Assembly (NCBI GenBank): GCA_965202585.1
Contig: OZ241826.1
Coordinates: 75,454,001-75,518,000, forward strand
Direction: 5' to 3'
Origin: Thalia democratica
Lineage: Eukaryota
Length of the DNA: 64,000 nucleotides
Of the stretch, positions 13,701 to 26,500 are shown in pieces. Positions within the stretch are counted from its first letter, which is position 1, and each line of letters opens with the position of its first letter. Position numbers and translations under genes: made by a program. Under the pieces are notes generated by a model. That model saw nothing but the letters and a program-made list of their open reading frames with translations, was not told the DNA's origin and did not search any database.

Positions 13701-16700
13701 TGCCGGAACACCAAGTTTAATCTCAAAAATATATTGAAACATTTTTATTTTACTATGGTAAAACATTATTCAGAAATAATAAGTAAAATCTTTTTAACAA
13801 TTATACTATCAGTAATAAATTTCTTAAGACCATACAAAAGATTTTTATACAGTGACAATATAACTTAAGTATTTTAAAACAATAAAATATTTAAAAAAAT
13901 TACATTATGACGTTATCAGTTAGTAAACTTTATAAATAACAACTATACAACTTATTGTTGGTAATACAGCTAATAGTTACAAAAACTAAACATTTGCAAT
14001 AATAAACATTTTTTGTAAATTATAAAGAAATTTTTACCCCTGTATAAAAATTTATTTATATTTATTGTTATAAAAAATGTATTAACGTTCGAAACAAAAC
14101 AAATCTAGCTTTTGACCCATTTTAATCATTATTTTAAAATTAATAAAAACTAAATGCCATACAGTAAACAAATAGTTATTTTTTCTCTCTAATAATTTTC
14201 ATATAAGCGTTGTTGAAAATACTTTTTTGGTGAAAAAGTTTGCAACCATTAACTTGTGATAGAAAAAGTTAAATTATCACATAAACAAAACTCAACGACA
14301 GCACTATCAAAGCAGAGTTGACATAAAAAAAAATGTTCCATCAAAATCGTTTCATGCGGTGACTAACGGCGGGCGGGTAGTAGCTGAGGGTGCAGTGAAC
14401 GCACGCGGTTTTTCCCGGCCAGATGACCCTGCAGCAGCCCTTGAACCCCTCCGTGCCGCCGTCGATCAGCGGCACGCACGAGCACTCGTCCACTTTCCCC
14501 TCCCCGTCGTACTCCACCATGTCCAGCTGAAAACATCAGCAGGGTTAGAAAAAGCGTGTAAGAGCAGGCTGTCAGGTTAATTTATGTACAGTGCAAGTTT
14601 GTAAATTTTCATTCCGATAAGGGGTTGTTTTAAAATGCGGAGCTGATCAGCGGAAATTAAGCCTTTGCTATTTGCAATAGTAAAAATTTGTTTAGTTGAG
14701 GTTGAAACAATATGTATCAAGTTGTAAGTAAAATTGAGTCTAATAAACGCGATTAGGTAAAGAAAGTACATGTTCTTTACGTATTTTTAAACTTAGTTGT
14801 TAACATTTTACGTTCAAAACTTTTAAAAGTTAAAAAGAAAACAACTTCTTACAAGCATTCCGTTTATCCACTTCCTAGCATTGATCGAGTCAACACCACA
14901 CACTACCATCATGAACTCTGTATTTTTTTATTTAAAACATTTTATTGTATAAATATAGTATAGTAAATAGTACAAGGTTTTTGTTCATTAAAAAACTTAT
15001 CTTTTTTTTACTTCCACAAATAAAAAAATATATATAACAAATGTTAACAAAACTTACGGCTGTAGAAGTCAGGTCCGTAGTCTTGAATCATTTTATGGTG
15101 TCTGTTGTATTTAATAATTGTTCAAAATACTGAAGATAGTTAAATAAACACAACTACTCACGCAACAACTTTAGCACCCTTTACTCTTTTGTTAATAAAA
15201 TCGGCTGCCACTTCAGCTTTCGATTTTCCAACGTCTTTATGTCTGCAAAATTACAGATAAATAATAGCTGTGTCAATTGCCTTTAACACTTGGTCTAAAA
15301 GAAACAACAACAAAAACATTTTATTTAGATACGTTAGAAATGTAAATAAATTTTTCTTACAACATAAGCTATTTTTTAATTGAAATCAATGAGTTGAAAA
15401 AAGAAAAAGCATAAAATTTATAATTTGTATCACTTAAGTTACTTTATCACCTTTAAAGACATTAAACATTATCACTAAATTCAAACTAAATAAGGAAACT
15501 GTTAAAAAAAATCATATCTGTAAAAAATAGCATCGAAACAAATGCGAAATTCACACCGCCGAACCTGTACAAGAACTGCCTGTTGAGGTTGGAAAGGTCG
15601 ATGGTGTCCATGTCGATGACGTGGATGCTGAGGAAGCCGGACAGGGTGAGGCACTTGAGCAGCTCGCAACCGAGGCCGCCCGCCCCGATCACCAGAATCT
15701 TCGCGTTCACCATGCCTTCCAGGTACTTAAAAAAAAAAAAAGTTTATTGTTGTGTTAATGAGAAATATGTTTGGACAGACACAGAAAGGCTTTTTGTAGA
15801 CTGATTGCGCATCAAGACTCTTAAGACTAACGAATAATTCAGCATCCAAATCAGGGTTTCTCAAAACAAGCAATGTTAAACAATAAATATCTTTTATGGG
15901 CTAGTTTTGGCTATCAAGAAGCGTTATTTGGTAAGGTTATCAAAAGAAATATATAATAGTTATCTATTGTAGTACTAATTTTATGATTTGAAAATTAATA
16001 TATAAAATGTATTAGTTACATAAAATGCTGGCCTATGTTTTAATCTTAATGGAACTTTAAAAACATTAAACATTTTATAATAATTTTAAATTTTAATTTT
16101 ACATATTTATTAAAATAAAAACAGCTTCCTCCTATAAATCAGTTACTCATACATGATAAATAAAAACATTCTATGCTCCTTTTCTTAATATATTCAATTA
16201 AAAATGTTCATACTAGGCTTTAAAATATTGAAACAACATGCTTCAACGTAAATGATTAATATCTTTGTATATAAAAATAAAACAATAACATTTAAAAAAT
16301 CGGTTTGAACTAACAAAAACATTTCATTTTTCTTCATAAGATTCTTAATAATTTATAAGGACTGAAAAAAATCTACTATCTAAATATAACAAACTATATT
16401 TCACTAAAAAAATTATCAAAAAGAATAAAATAAAATTGCACTTATATAGGATATACTTGTACTGATAAGCTGTTTGAGTAAAACATTTTTTGCAAAAAAA
16501 AAAATTTAACTAAGTTTTAATAATTTAATCCATTCACTGAAGTTAAGAACTAAATTTGTTAAATTTTAAAATAACCATAATATAAATCAAAATACTAATA
16601 TCAGAACTATAAACTAAGCAAACTTTTACAATATATTTGCAAACATTAAAAAAATTCTTCATAACAAAACACCAAGAAATTTCTACTCCACAGAAAGAGA

Positions 16701-19108
16701 TATGATATATTCTTAATTTTGCAAAATCCCTTTGGCAAACAAAGTTTTGCTAAAAGTACTTTTTAACGAAATAGATAAACAATTCTTTTCTTATACAAAT
16801 AGAAATTTTTTTAAAGAAAAAAAATTGTCTTATTATTTACTGATTATCTTGTAAGCTTTACATTACTGTCGAGCAAAAAACACAAAATTTCAACCAAAAC
16901 TTTTGAAAATAACTATAAAAGTAACAATAGCAGTAGGAGATATGATATTTTTGATTTTTTGACTAAGTTTCCTAGTACCCCTATAAAGGTTCCAATTGTG
17001 TATAAAGATCACAAAAGAAATTTATTTGGGTTGGCTTACCTCAAATTTCGTTGCCAAGACCTTTTTGGAACACAAGCCCTATGTTAACTGTATGGGACCT
17101 AAAAAATGCAATCTTACAGTTTTTAGCTTAAAATGTTTAAATTGTGGCAATTATTTCAAAAACACTCTGTCCAAATTATAAGATAATTTAAAGAAAGCCT
17201 ATATGGAGCTTTGATATTTATGCATATTTTTGATCTAAATATATTTTGTTCTTTACAGAGTTTAAACACTCTTTTGTTACAATAAACTGAAAGAAAGACA
17301 AAACCATGTTTATACTTAAACACTTATTCAAGTGTAACTTTTTATTGAAACCTAACAAACTTAATCAAACCTTCTACCAGTTAAAATAATAATAGTTGTG
17401 GTCAAAATAAGGCTGATGTAAACAAACTGTACAATTTCTAAACCTTGATTCTGAAGATAGTACAAAGGACATGACAAATGTCAGCCAATGAACGAACGAG
17501 TATTCATTTTCATGCTAACCATGCTCAAACTTAGTATAATACTTTCTTGTGCTTTTAAAGATGATATCAATACTTACTATTGCAATAATTTCACCTCTAA
17601 GAGACCAAATAGTTTGGCATATGCTTGTGTTCCTTATGGTCAAGTATTGGTCAAAGAGAAAACATCTTATCAAAAATGAGACACCATATCAAAGATATGA
17701 GATCATGTCAAAGAAGAGATTTGAACAACTATAAGACACCACATTAAAAATGAGACATTAGTTTTAATATAAGAGATCAGATAATTGTTAAACATTACAT
17801 TGTGAATCGTGTATTGTCTTAGTTTTTGTAATTATTGACTTTGCATGTTTCTTTATAAGAATTGACAGGTAAACTGGAAAACTTAAATGGTCGATAAAGA
17901 AATTTATTTTTTAGAACAATATGAAGGCCACAGTAGGGGGTAAAGTATATTTAGAAAAATATTTAATTTTTTTCCTTTTTTCGAGATAATAGCAATCAAA
18001 ATTGTTGAGTTCAACAAGTTCCTAAAAAAGAGTACAAAAACCAAGAAAATTAAAAAATTTAATTAAAATCATGTAAAAACTATCAAAAAATTTAATTAAA
18101 TATTTTAATTAGACAACAAACTTTATTTCAATAGACTGAGTAAAAACTACCATCACATAAAAAAAAAAGATTTCATTTAAAAATACATAAACATTTTGAC
18201 TTAGTTTAAAACTAATCCGCTGCCAACAGAAATCTATTGCTCACATAATTCAAAATTTAAATTATGTGAAACAAAAAATAAAGTTTTTTTATAATAAATT
18301 GATAAGTGCTTATAAGTTTATATTTAATACAAATTGAAGCTTATTAGTGCAATATTTCAAAGTAATTTTTTTCATCCTAACTTTTTTATTTAATTTTGTT
18401 AATATAGTACTTTTTTTACAAATAAAACCGAAAAAAAAAATTTTCTAGTAAATCTGGCCAGCCCACTTTGCCAGCTCCCTATTTTAACTAATAGTTTACA
18501 AGTAAGACTGATTTAGATTTAAAATATAAATAAATAATAGTAAATATATGTATATAGATGTAAGGATTTAAAATCAGAATATGAAACCTAAAGATGTTTA
18601 AATAAAAAATTGTAATGAAACTAAACACGGTAAAGGTTTTAAACAAAAAAAAAACTAGACTTAAATAATAAATAAACTATAGATTTAAAAAAGAAAAATA
18701 TATTATTTAAATTTATTACATTACATATCCTTCAAATTTTGTGTATTACTCAGAGGAAAGCTTCTTGGTGCATAAAACCTAAAACACTGTAAAGTAGTGT
18801 ATATTTTGTGTAATATATACTTTGCTCTACTTGGCTTTAAAAGTATAGAGGACTTCAAAGCAACTTAAAACAAAAGAAAAAATGATAATATATTAAAGTG
18901 TTTGGACTTATATTTCAAAAGAAGCCTTTCAAAAGTAGCTACAGTCAAAAAAATGGTTAATCAAGTCAATGGAAACATTATTGAAATGAAATTGTTTTTG
19001 TACAAAATAAATTACCTCTGAGCTTGGTTCAAAACCTTTTTCCATTGGGCTTTCTTGCTCCAAAATTGCTTTGAGGTGATTCCATCTATTAGGTGCTTCA
19101 ATATCCAT
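7774..19108 (-). CDS. UBA3: NEDD8-activating enzyme E1 catalytic subunit, 11 exons, 431 aa (exons 19108-19016, 15725-15565, 15242-15162, 15101-15058, 14917-14853, 14526-14368, 11341-11239, 10774-10573, 9927-9745, 8243-8131, 7865-7774)
   Basis: All 10 introns are GT-AG and the phases join into one ORF. Motifs: [47 protein letters not shown], catalytic [31 protein letters not shown], and a C-terminal RPNLTKTL...[13 protein letters not shown] domain. Confidence 0.97.
11735..13170. mobile_element. Nested foldback/MITE cluster in UBA3 intron 6
   Basis: Inverted arms gccagtcaaagtcaaaaagtataat(ag)tttccttatgggag / ctcctataaggaatctattgtactctttgactttgaacggcc, plus outer inverted arms at about 11750-11810 and 13080-13150. 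The left arm is interrupted by the 11879-12755 element. Confidence 0.65.
11879..12755. mobile_element. TIR MITE with TTAGCCTGAC subterminal repeats
   Basis: Perfect 14-bp TIR cagggttcgtgcgc / gcgcacgaaccctg, flanked on both sides by tataat; repeated ttagcctgac near both ends. Confidence 0.8.
16990..17130 (+). mobile_element. Possible decayed Tc1/mariner-like transposase fragment in UBA3 intron 1
   Basis: Frameshifted reading [19 protein letters not shown]...KKCNLT loosely resembles the Tc1-family H..RL.FA...W..V.WSDEKKFNL region. Weak, by-eye match. Confidence 0.3.
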
Positions 19109-20643
19109 TATATTTAGTTTAATGATAACTATGGATAAAATATTAGTATTAAACAACAGCTTTGTTAAAAGTAAAATTTTATGAGAAGAAAACCTCAAAG
19201 TGATCTAATAAATTAATTGGGAAATTTTGTATTCACTTGTATATAAAAGTTTACATTTTCATATACAAGTGAAATTACATTAAAACTAATAAAAAAATTG
19301 AAACTAATAAAAATATACATTAAAACTTTTTCAAAGTTTGTTGAGGCTATTTAGGTAGATTTTTGTTTTAGTTTCCTCCTCCCATAGGGAACCTATTGTA
19401 CTATCTAACTATATCTCAAAAAGTACTCAGAATATTAAAAGTGCTTAAGATTATCAGTATCAGCATCTTGCTCATTAGCAACCAGCTAAAATAACAACGA
19501 GTTGTAGAAACAAAAACAAACCGATTTTAATTCCTAAAAATTTCACTTGAGACCAAATCTATTGCGGAGTACTTCAGTCTCAAGCTTCCCATGGGGCATT
19601 GAAATACTCACCACAAATTGATCCACTGCTGTTCTATTTACCCTGGTTCTGCAGTAGACACTTAGTGCTATCCAAGAAAGGTCTAAACTCCATGGCGCTC
19701 TGGTTGAGCACTTTGGCAGTCTTAACAAACCTTGTTCGCAGTGCCTCTTCTTTAAGTTTATATATATTTTTCCATATAAGTTCCAAGACAGATTTTTTTT
19801 AATCTGTTCAGCTTGTTTAAAAACGCATAACTATCTTGCAGCTGACATCCTTATGTAACGACAATATTTATATAAAAATGCTTAAATAAAATATATAGTA
19901 AGCTAAAATTCTTGATTTTTCTTCTGCTTCAATAATTAGAAAAAATCAAAAGATAGTTTTGAAAAAACTACAAATTTGTTGTATATTACATAAATTCAAA
20001 ACATCTTCAGATTTGTAATCCGTCTGATTATAAATCTGAAATGTTTTGAAGTAGTATTTTTAAGCTATATTTGGATTTTTTCTAATCCAAATACAATATC
20101 AGTGGCGGATACTCAACAATTTGATACCTCAACTGAAGCAACACACTTACAAATTTATTGTTATCAAGACTTGTGATTTGTTAACATTAGACTTTAGCAA
20201 TCAACTTGCTTGCTTAACCCTGGCTGAAACTTTTTTATCAGATTAAGAAGAAATCAAATTAAAACTGAATACAATTAGATGGAAAATTTCTGAAAAAAAT
20301 ACTAAGCTTAAATACAACATCAAGGCACAGTGATCTACCTAATATACAGACAGTCATAATGAAACTGTTTTATTAAACCTCTGTTATATTTTTAATGATA
20401 CAAAAATTTGACCATTAAAAAAAATTACAAGTACAGTTACTTTTTCATAATATAAACTACTGCCATTTGACTTATAGTAAAAACAATTCTTTATATTAAC
20501 AACTCAAACTTTGCAGACATGTTGTTCAATATACAACTATAATTAAACTATTTTATCTTGGTTCTTACTTTTAGTTTTTAATTTACATAGTTTTTTAATT
20601 ATACCATACAACAGGGGTTGGAATAAATTTGGTTGTTTTAGGC

Positions 20644-20849
20644 CAGGGGTCAGCAAACTGCGGCCCACATTAAAATTTTGTTTGCAACTAGTTTAATATA
20701 TTAATATTCTCGAAAAATAAAAATAAAATTTTAGTGTTATCTTTAAAGGATAATCTATCGCCAAATTTTTTTTTGCTCAAAAAAATTATCTATTAATATG
20801 TTTTTTAATGCACATAAAAAACGCTCCTTTTTTGATCTGCCGACCCTTG
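20644..20849. mobile_element. hAT-type MITE
   Basis: caggggtcagcaaactgcggccc ... ctgccgacccttg; 8-bp TSD ttttaggc / ttttaggt. Confidence 0.75.
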
Positions 20850-21162
20850 TTTTAGGTAAAATCAAGGATTTTTTTTGTTAAAATATATATTTTTTTCATT
20901 TCTGGTTGGTTAGAATGTAGTTTTTCAGCAGTGCAAATAGAATTGCAAATGATGTAACTTACTTGCTTGAACTTTAAAAAATATAAAGTGTTGAAAAGAA
21001 AAGTTAAACTATTGTATTACTAAAATAATAAAAAGTTTTTCAAGGCATAGATTAGTTTCAGTTTTAAATATACATAACAGACCCTAAAATATTCAGTGTA
21101 AGTTTTAAATCTCCCATAAATTCTACCAATAACCTTTTTATTTTTTACTCTTCACAATTAAC

Positions 21163-22137
21163 TAGGGGTAGGGAGTACTTGGGTGATGTTTGCTGGACTT
21201 ATGAGTCCATATGATTTGGATGTGTTTTTGCTTTATTAAGAAGAACCTGAAAAAAAATTCAAAAATAAAAGTATACTTGCAGCCCAAAAACTAATTTCAA
21301 CTCCAAAATATCACATACTTTTTGATTTTTTGACTTAAACAGTAATAAAATTACTTACACATGTCCTAGACTTACAACTTATGTCTTCAATAAAAGCTTA
21401 AACTTATTAACATTTATTTAAAACATATTAAATGCTTTTGATGTATTATGACGTTTAAATCACATAAATGTGCAAAATTTGTCTGTAAAATGTAGGGGTA
21501 GGGAGTACAGCACATTTTTTGGTCATATTGTAAAATTCAATTAAGTAAATGTGATTCAGATGTGATTTTGCTTAGTTTAAAAGAATCTAAAAAAAAATTA
21601 TTATTTTGCAGAAAAAAAGTTACTGCCCAAAAATCAAAATATATGTGATTTTCGGGGTTGAAATTAGCTTTTTGGGCAGTGACTTTTTTGCAATATTTAA
21701 TTATTTTTTTTAGATTCTTCTAATCTAAGCAAAAACACATCCGAATCATATTTACTTATTTGAATTTTACAATATGACCAAAAATGTGCTGCACTCCCTA
21801 CCTCTACATTTTACAGACAAATTTGGCACATTTAGGGTGATTATGACGCCATAATACATCAAAAGCAGTTAATATGTCTTTAAATATGTGTCAATGAGTA
21901 TAAGCTTTCATTTAAGACATAAATTATAAGTCTTAGACATGTATATGTTATTTTACTACTGTTTAAGTCAAAAAATCAAAAAGTATATGATTTTTGGGGT
22001 TGAAGTTAGTTTTTTGGGCTGCAAGCATACTTTTTTTTTTCAGATTCATCTTAATGAAGTAACCCACATCCAAATCATATAAACTTGAATGAATATTACA
22101 ATATGACCAAAAAAACGTGCTGTAATCCCTACCCCTA
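21163..22137. repeat. ~975-bp imperfect palindrome with a nested copy of its own termini
   Basis: Ends taggggtaggga / tccctaccccta. Arms pair along their length around a centre near 21650. An inner unit at 21493-21806 starts and ends with the same terminal sequence. Confidence 0.85.
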
Positions 22138-23524
22138 AATTAGCCCTAGAATATCTAATGTATGTTTCAAATTTATAGTACATTCTTCCTGAGACATCAA
22201 TAAAGACTTGAAAAAACTTTGTAAAAAATCAAACTAGCCTAACTTTTTTTTTATTTTTTAACAAGCTTTAGTCAGCCTGAATGCATTGCAGCTGTGTGTA
22301 TATATTTTATATTGAACATAAAACAAAGTGCTCAAAAAATTTGTTTGATGGACCTGGTGTAGGAAAAAAACATTTTAGTTATAAATTAATACACTACTTG
22401 GATACAGTTTAACATCTTTTCCAGGACAAGACATTATTAAAAGTGACAACCATGAATACAACTTAACAAAAAAGGTTTAAACATAAAAAATATTTAATTA
22501 TATGTGTTAACATCTTTTTTATTTTTGGCGGACCCCTAAGCATTAAACAATTTTATTTTATACAATAAATATGTTGAAAACAAAAATAAATGCTTATAAT
22601 AAAAAGCGCTTATCTAAGATTGCTTAGCCTTGGATGCCAGGTTAACCCTTTGTGGACAAGTCTTAGTTTAAATTTTAAAACAACTCTCTGGAAATTACAA
22701 AACAACTTCAAAGATAAAAGAAATGTTTACCTTATTTTTTGATCTTTGTAGACAATTAAAAAAAAAATTTTATGAAAATTATAAAGCATAAGTCAGGTAG
22801 ATTGATCTAAAGTTGATCAAGTTTTGTTTATTTTTGTTTTGTTACTTAAATGATACACATGTTAAGATACCAACACTTTTTTTTTATCTTCTTAACCAGT
22901 AGGACACGCAATTTATTAAATTTATTTATTTTAATTATTCAATTAAAATAGTTCAACTATCTAAGATCATTTAGACAAAAACATCAATTTACTTGTTAAA
23001 TGGCCATCTTTTGTTTATTCCATGTTTAAAAAAGTCTTGGCTGTAATTAATAAAATTATCAGAAGGATCTGTTTTGAAAATGATTATAATAATTTTCCCT
23101 GCTCTGAAGATTAAAAACTATAAACAAAAAGTATAAAACCAAGTTTTAATTTTAAATATTTAATTAATCTTAGTACAAATCAAATTAGTTAACTAAATAC
23201 TAAAATTTTAAGTAGAATATCTATTAAAACTAATTTTTACATAAACTAAGACTGTTTATAAGTATTTTATCTTCTTAAGAATACAAAATAAGTTCGTTAT
23301 AGGTTATACTTAAGCTTAGTGCTTAAAAAAAGGGGTTCGCTGCAGTAGTTAAGTTTTCGATTTTTTCTTTTATAATTTCTTGCAAATAAGATAAAATATT
23401 AATACGGAATTTTATTCAAAACCCTTACCCTAAACTATTTAAATCAAAAAATTTAGTCTAGATAAGCTCAGGATCTTCCAAGATGAGCCATTACAAAACT
23501 TTAGGGACCATAAGTAGAAAAGCG

Positions 23525-26500
23525 TCTAAAGGGGGGTCGTGAGTAATAAAGGGGCCACATGGGTCCGAGTGGCCACAATTTAACTTACACTATATATTCT
23601 GGAGTTGATGATTAAAAGCAAAAAAAAGGTCTAATACGTTTTTAATATAAGTTTTTTGATAAATTTTGTCAAATGGAGCCTTGGTTTTTTTTTAATTTTT
23701 TAAAGGGGGCCTTATGAAAAAAAGTTCGGAAAACTCTGATCTAGAGTCTAGACTTTAGAGACCGTTAACTCGTCATTAATTTTATGTTAGTTTAAGTTTT
23801 TGTCATTAATAAATTTAGTTAAAATTAATAATTAGTTTATAATAAACATAATTTAGTTTATTTCAGTTTTTTTTTAATACAAACTTTTTTAAAGTATTTT
23901 ACTCTAAACAAGTGGCTTAAATTTTTTTTTTCTTGAAAGAATTATGTCTGTCAACTTTTTTTTTTAGTATTGTTTTTTTTTTGAAGATCTTTTTTATCTT
24001 CTATGATGTTGTTTTTTTTCTAATATCAAAACCTTAGTTAAAAAATTTAATTTAAAGACATGTTAAAACTTAAAAAAATGATCATTAAGAAAAAAGTGCT
24101 AAAAAAGTAATTACTTCGATTATAAACAAGTTTTAATCAAACTGTGATAAGTTTGAGAATATAAAAGTGTTTTGACTTGGTTTACTTTAGTACTTCTAAC
24201 TAATTTCATTTTGTTACTGCTTTATCATTCGTTTTAATGAATTATATATACAATTTTTTTTTAAGTTTTATTCTAAAACAACTTATATTAAATTAAACTA
24301 ACTTAACTATATTTAACTTTTCGTTTAAACTTTTATAACCATTTAAGTTGTTTCATTTAATTTTTTTTTTAATATTATAACTTAAGATATCGTTACTTGC
24401 GGTATTAATTAATCATCAGCATTGAAATTGTAATACCAGTATACCGAATAAAGCTGTAATAAAAAAGCTTTTATGTGAATAAACACTATTTATTTTAGGA
24501 AGAAACAAATTTTAGTTTTTTTTTCTGTAGTAAATAACTTACATAGTCTGTAAAATGTAGTAATTTAAAATATACTTTAAAAATTGTTTAAAATTATCTA
24601 AAAGCCTGTTTTGTTTTTATTCTTTTCATAATTTTAATATGAATAAGGTTTGCTTTCTTTCTTTTTCAATTTGTAAAACTTTTCAAAGAAAAACACCGAA
24701 ATTATAATTTTTAACTTTTTTAAAGCAGCATTTCTCAAAATTAATACCTACACGCAGTACCTGTTATGCTTTGCAAAAAAGATTTGTTAAAAACTACAAG
24801 TATTTCTTAAACAAATGTTTTTAAAGCTTTTAACATCATTATTTTTTTATTTTTAGCCCATCATCTTTTTGTTTTTAATAAAGAATATACAGTTTTCCGT
24901 TTTAAAACAGTTGTTTTTTTTTTCAAAAATTATTTATTACCAAGTGCACATATTTTTTTTGCTCAATCTTTGTGTTCAGCTTAGGAAAAGTTACAGCATC
25001 ATAAATGCTTAAGAGTAAAACAAAACAATGAACACTTTTTTTTAATTTTTATAAAAACGTTTGAGTATTCTGTATTATATATAAGTGTTAATATGTTTAA
25101 TTTGAAAGAAATACAATTTAAATAACATACCGCATCTATACTGTTTCGTTTTATTTGTTATGACTACAACTAATTTAAAGCTTTTTTTTAAAGTAACTGT
25201 TTTACAAAATAAAAACAAATAATAACACATAGGTGTACTTAAAAGTTTAACTTTATGAAATAAACGTAAAACTGTTAATTTCAATAAAATTAAACATAAT
25301 GCTGTATCAACAGTTGAGAAAATCGAATCTCATACAAATATGACCGTTCCACGCTATCGGGTTGATTCTGAAGTACCTTGCAGTAATGGGGCGCGGCAAT
25401 TTGTTAACAACTATCTCCACTTTGTCATCGTTTCCTTTGAATACCTTTAAATTATTGTAGTTTGAAGGTTTTGTTTTCCATCGAAGACAATACATTTAAT
25501 AAAAAAGATAATTAAAGCTTTTGAGCATGGTGTACGATAACCAAGAAGTTTCTTCGTACACCAGGTCCTTTGACTAAAATTTTTGAGCGCGTTTCTTTAT
25601 CGTTCAATAAACAATATATGTAATGATGATTAACAGTTAGAAATTAATTAATTAACCGTCATGTTTAATAAAAAAACAAAGTTGTTGTTTGCACATTAAG
25701 AATAAATAGGAATAAGTTTTTTTTCTACAGTTAAGCTTTAAATAGTTTAAAAAATAAAAGTTCCAAAATCAAAAGGTAACTTTAGAACTTGAAAATATTT
25801 TTAAATTACATTATTTACAAAACCTTATCAATAATAAAGTAGCAATATTACCATAGCTTTTTCACAGCCATCCTTGATTGTTTCAAACGTGTTTGAGCCA
25901 TCTGCTTTGTAACTGACGGTATATTCAGTAACCCATTGTTTCCACGCGTGATTACCTCTGCCTTGGGTGGCCACTCCGGTCATGGTCATGTCTTTTCCGT
26001 AATCCACTTGAATCCACTCACCTACTGCACCTTCTGTTATTATTATAATTAGTGTTTAAAATAAGTTAATTAATTTTCAAACAAGTTGTATATACTTTCT
26101 GCGGCCCAACCACCTACCCCTCTGCTACCGAAAAGTCTTCCGTTGTGGGGCAAATGAACGCTGTTCCAGTAGTGATTGTTGCCATTTGTGGCGCTTGAAC
26201 TCGCAGTGACACTCTTGTCCGGCAAAGCATACGGGTTTTGCAGCACGGATCCGCACTCTTTTGCTACAACTGAAACAAATAATATATATAATTAGAAAAA
26301 AATTACAAGTACAATGGCTTGGTACCTCTACAACTCCTGGTGTTGCACGGCAAGATTCTCTTGTTGTACCCGAGGCAGTCCCAGCCCAAGCACTTCCTCG
26401 TGTCGATCCTGTCTCCTCCCCCGCAGTATTTGCTGCAAGATCCCATCACCCACTCCTCACGACTTATAACTTCTCCGGCGATTGAAAACGCGAACAAGAC

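Noticed and set aside
17488-17734. Two short plus-strand ORFs, one with a hydrophobic N-terminus
   Set aside because: Overlapping, short, with no homology or splice support. Likely a repeat remnant in UBA3 intron 1.
19543-19802. GC-richer block with ORFs on both strands upstream of UBA3
   Set aside because: It cannot be joined in frame to UBA3 and I recognise no domain. It may be a transposase relic or UTR/promoter sequence.
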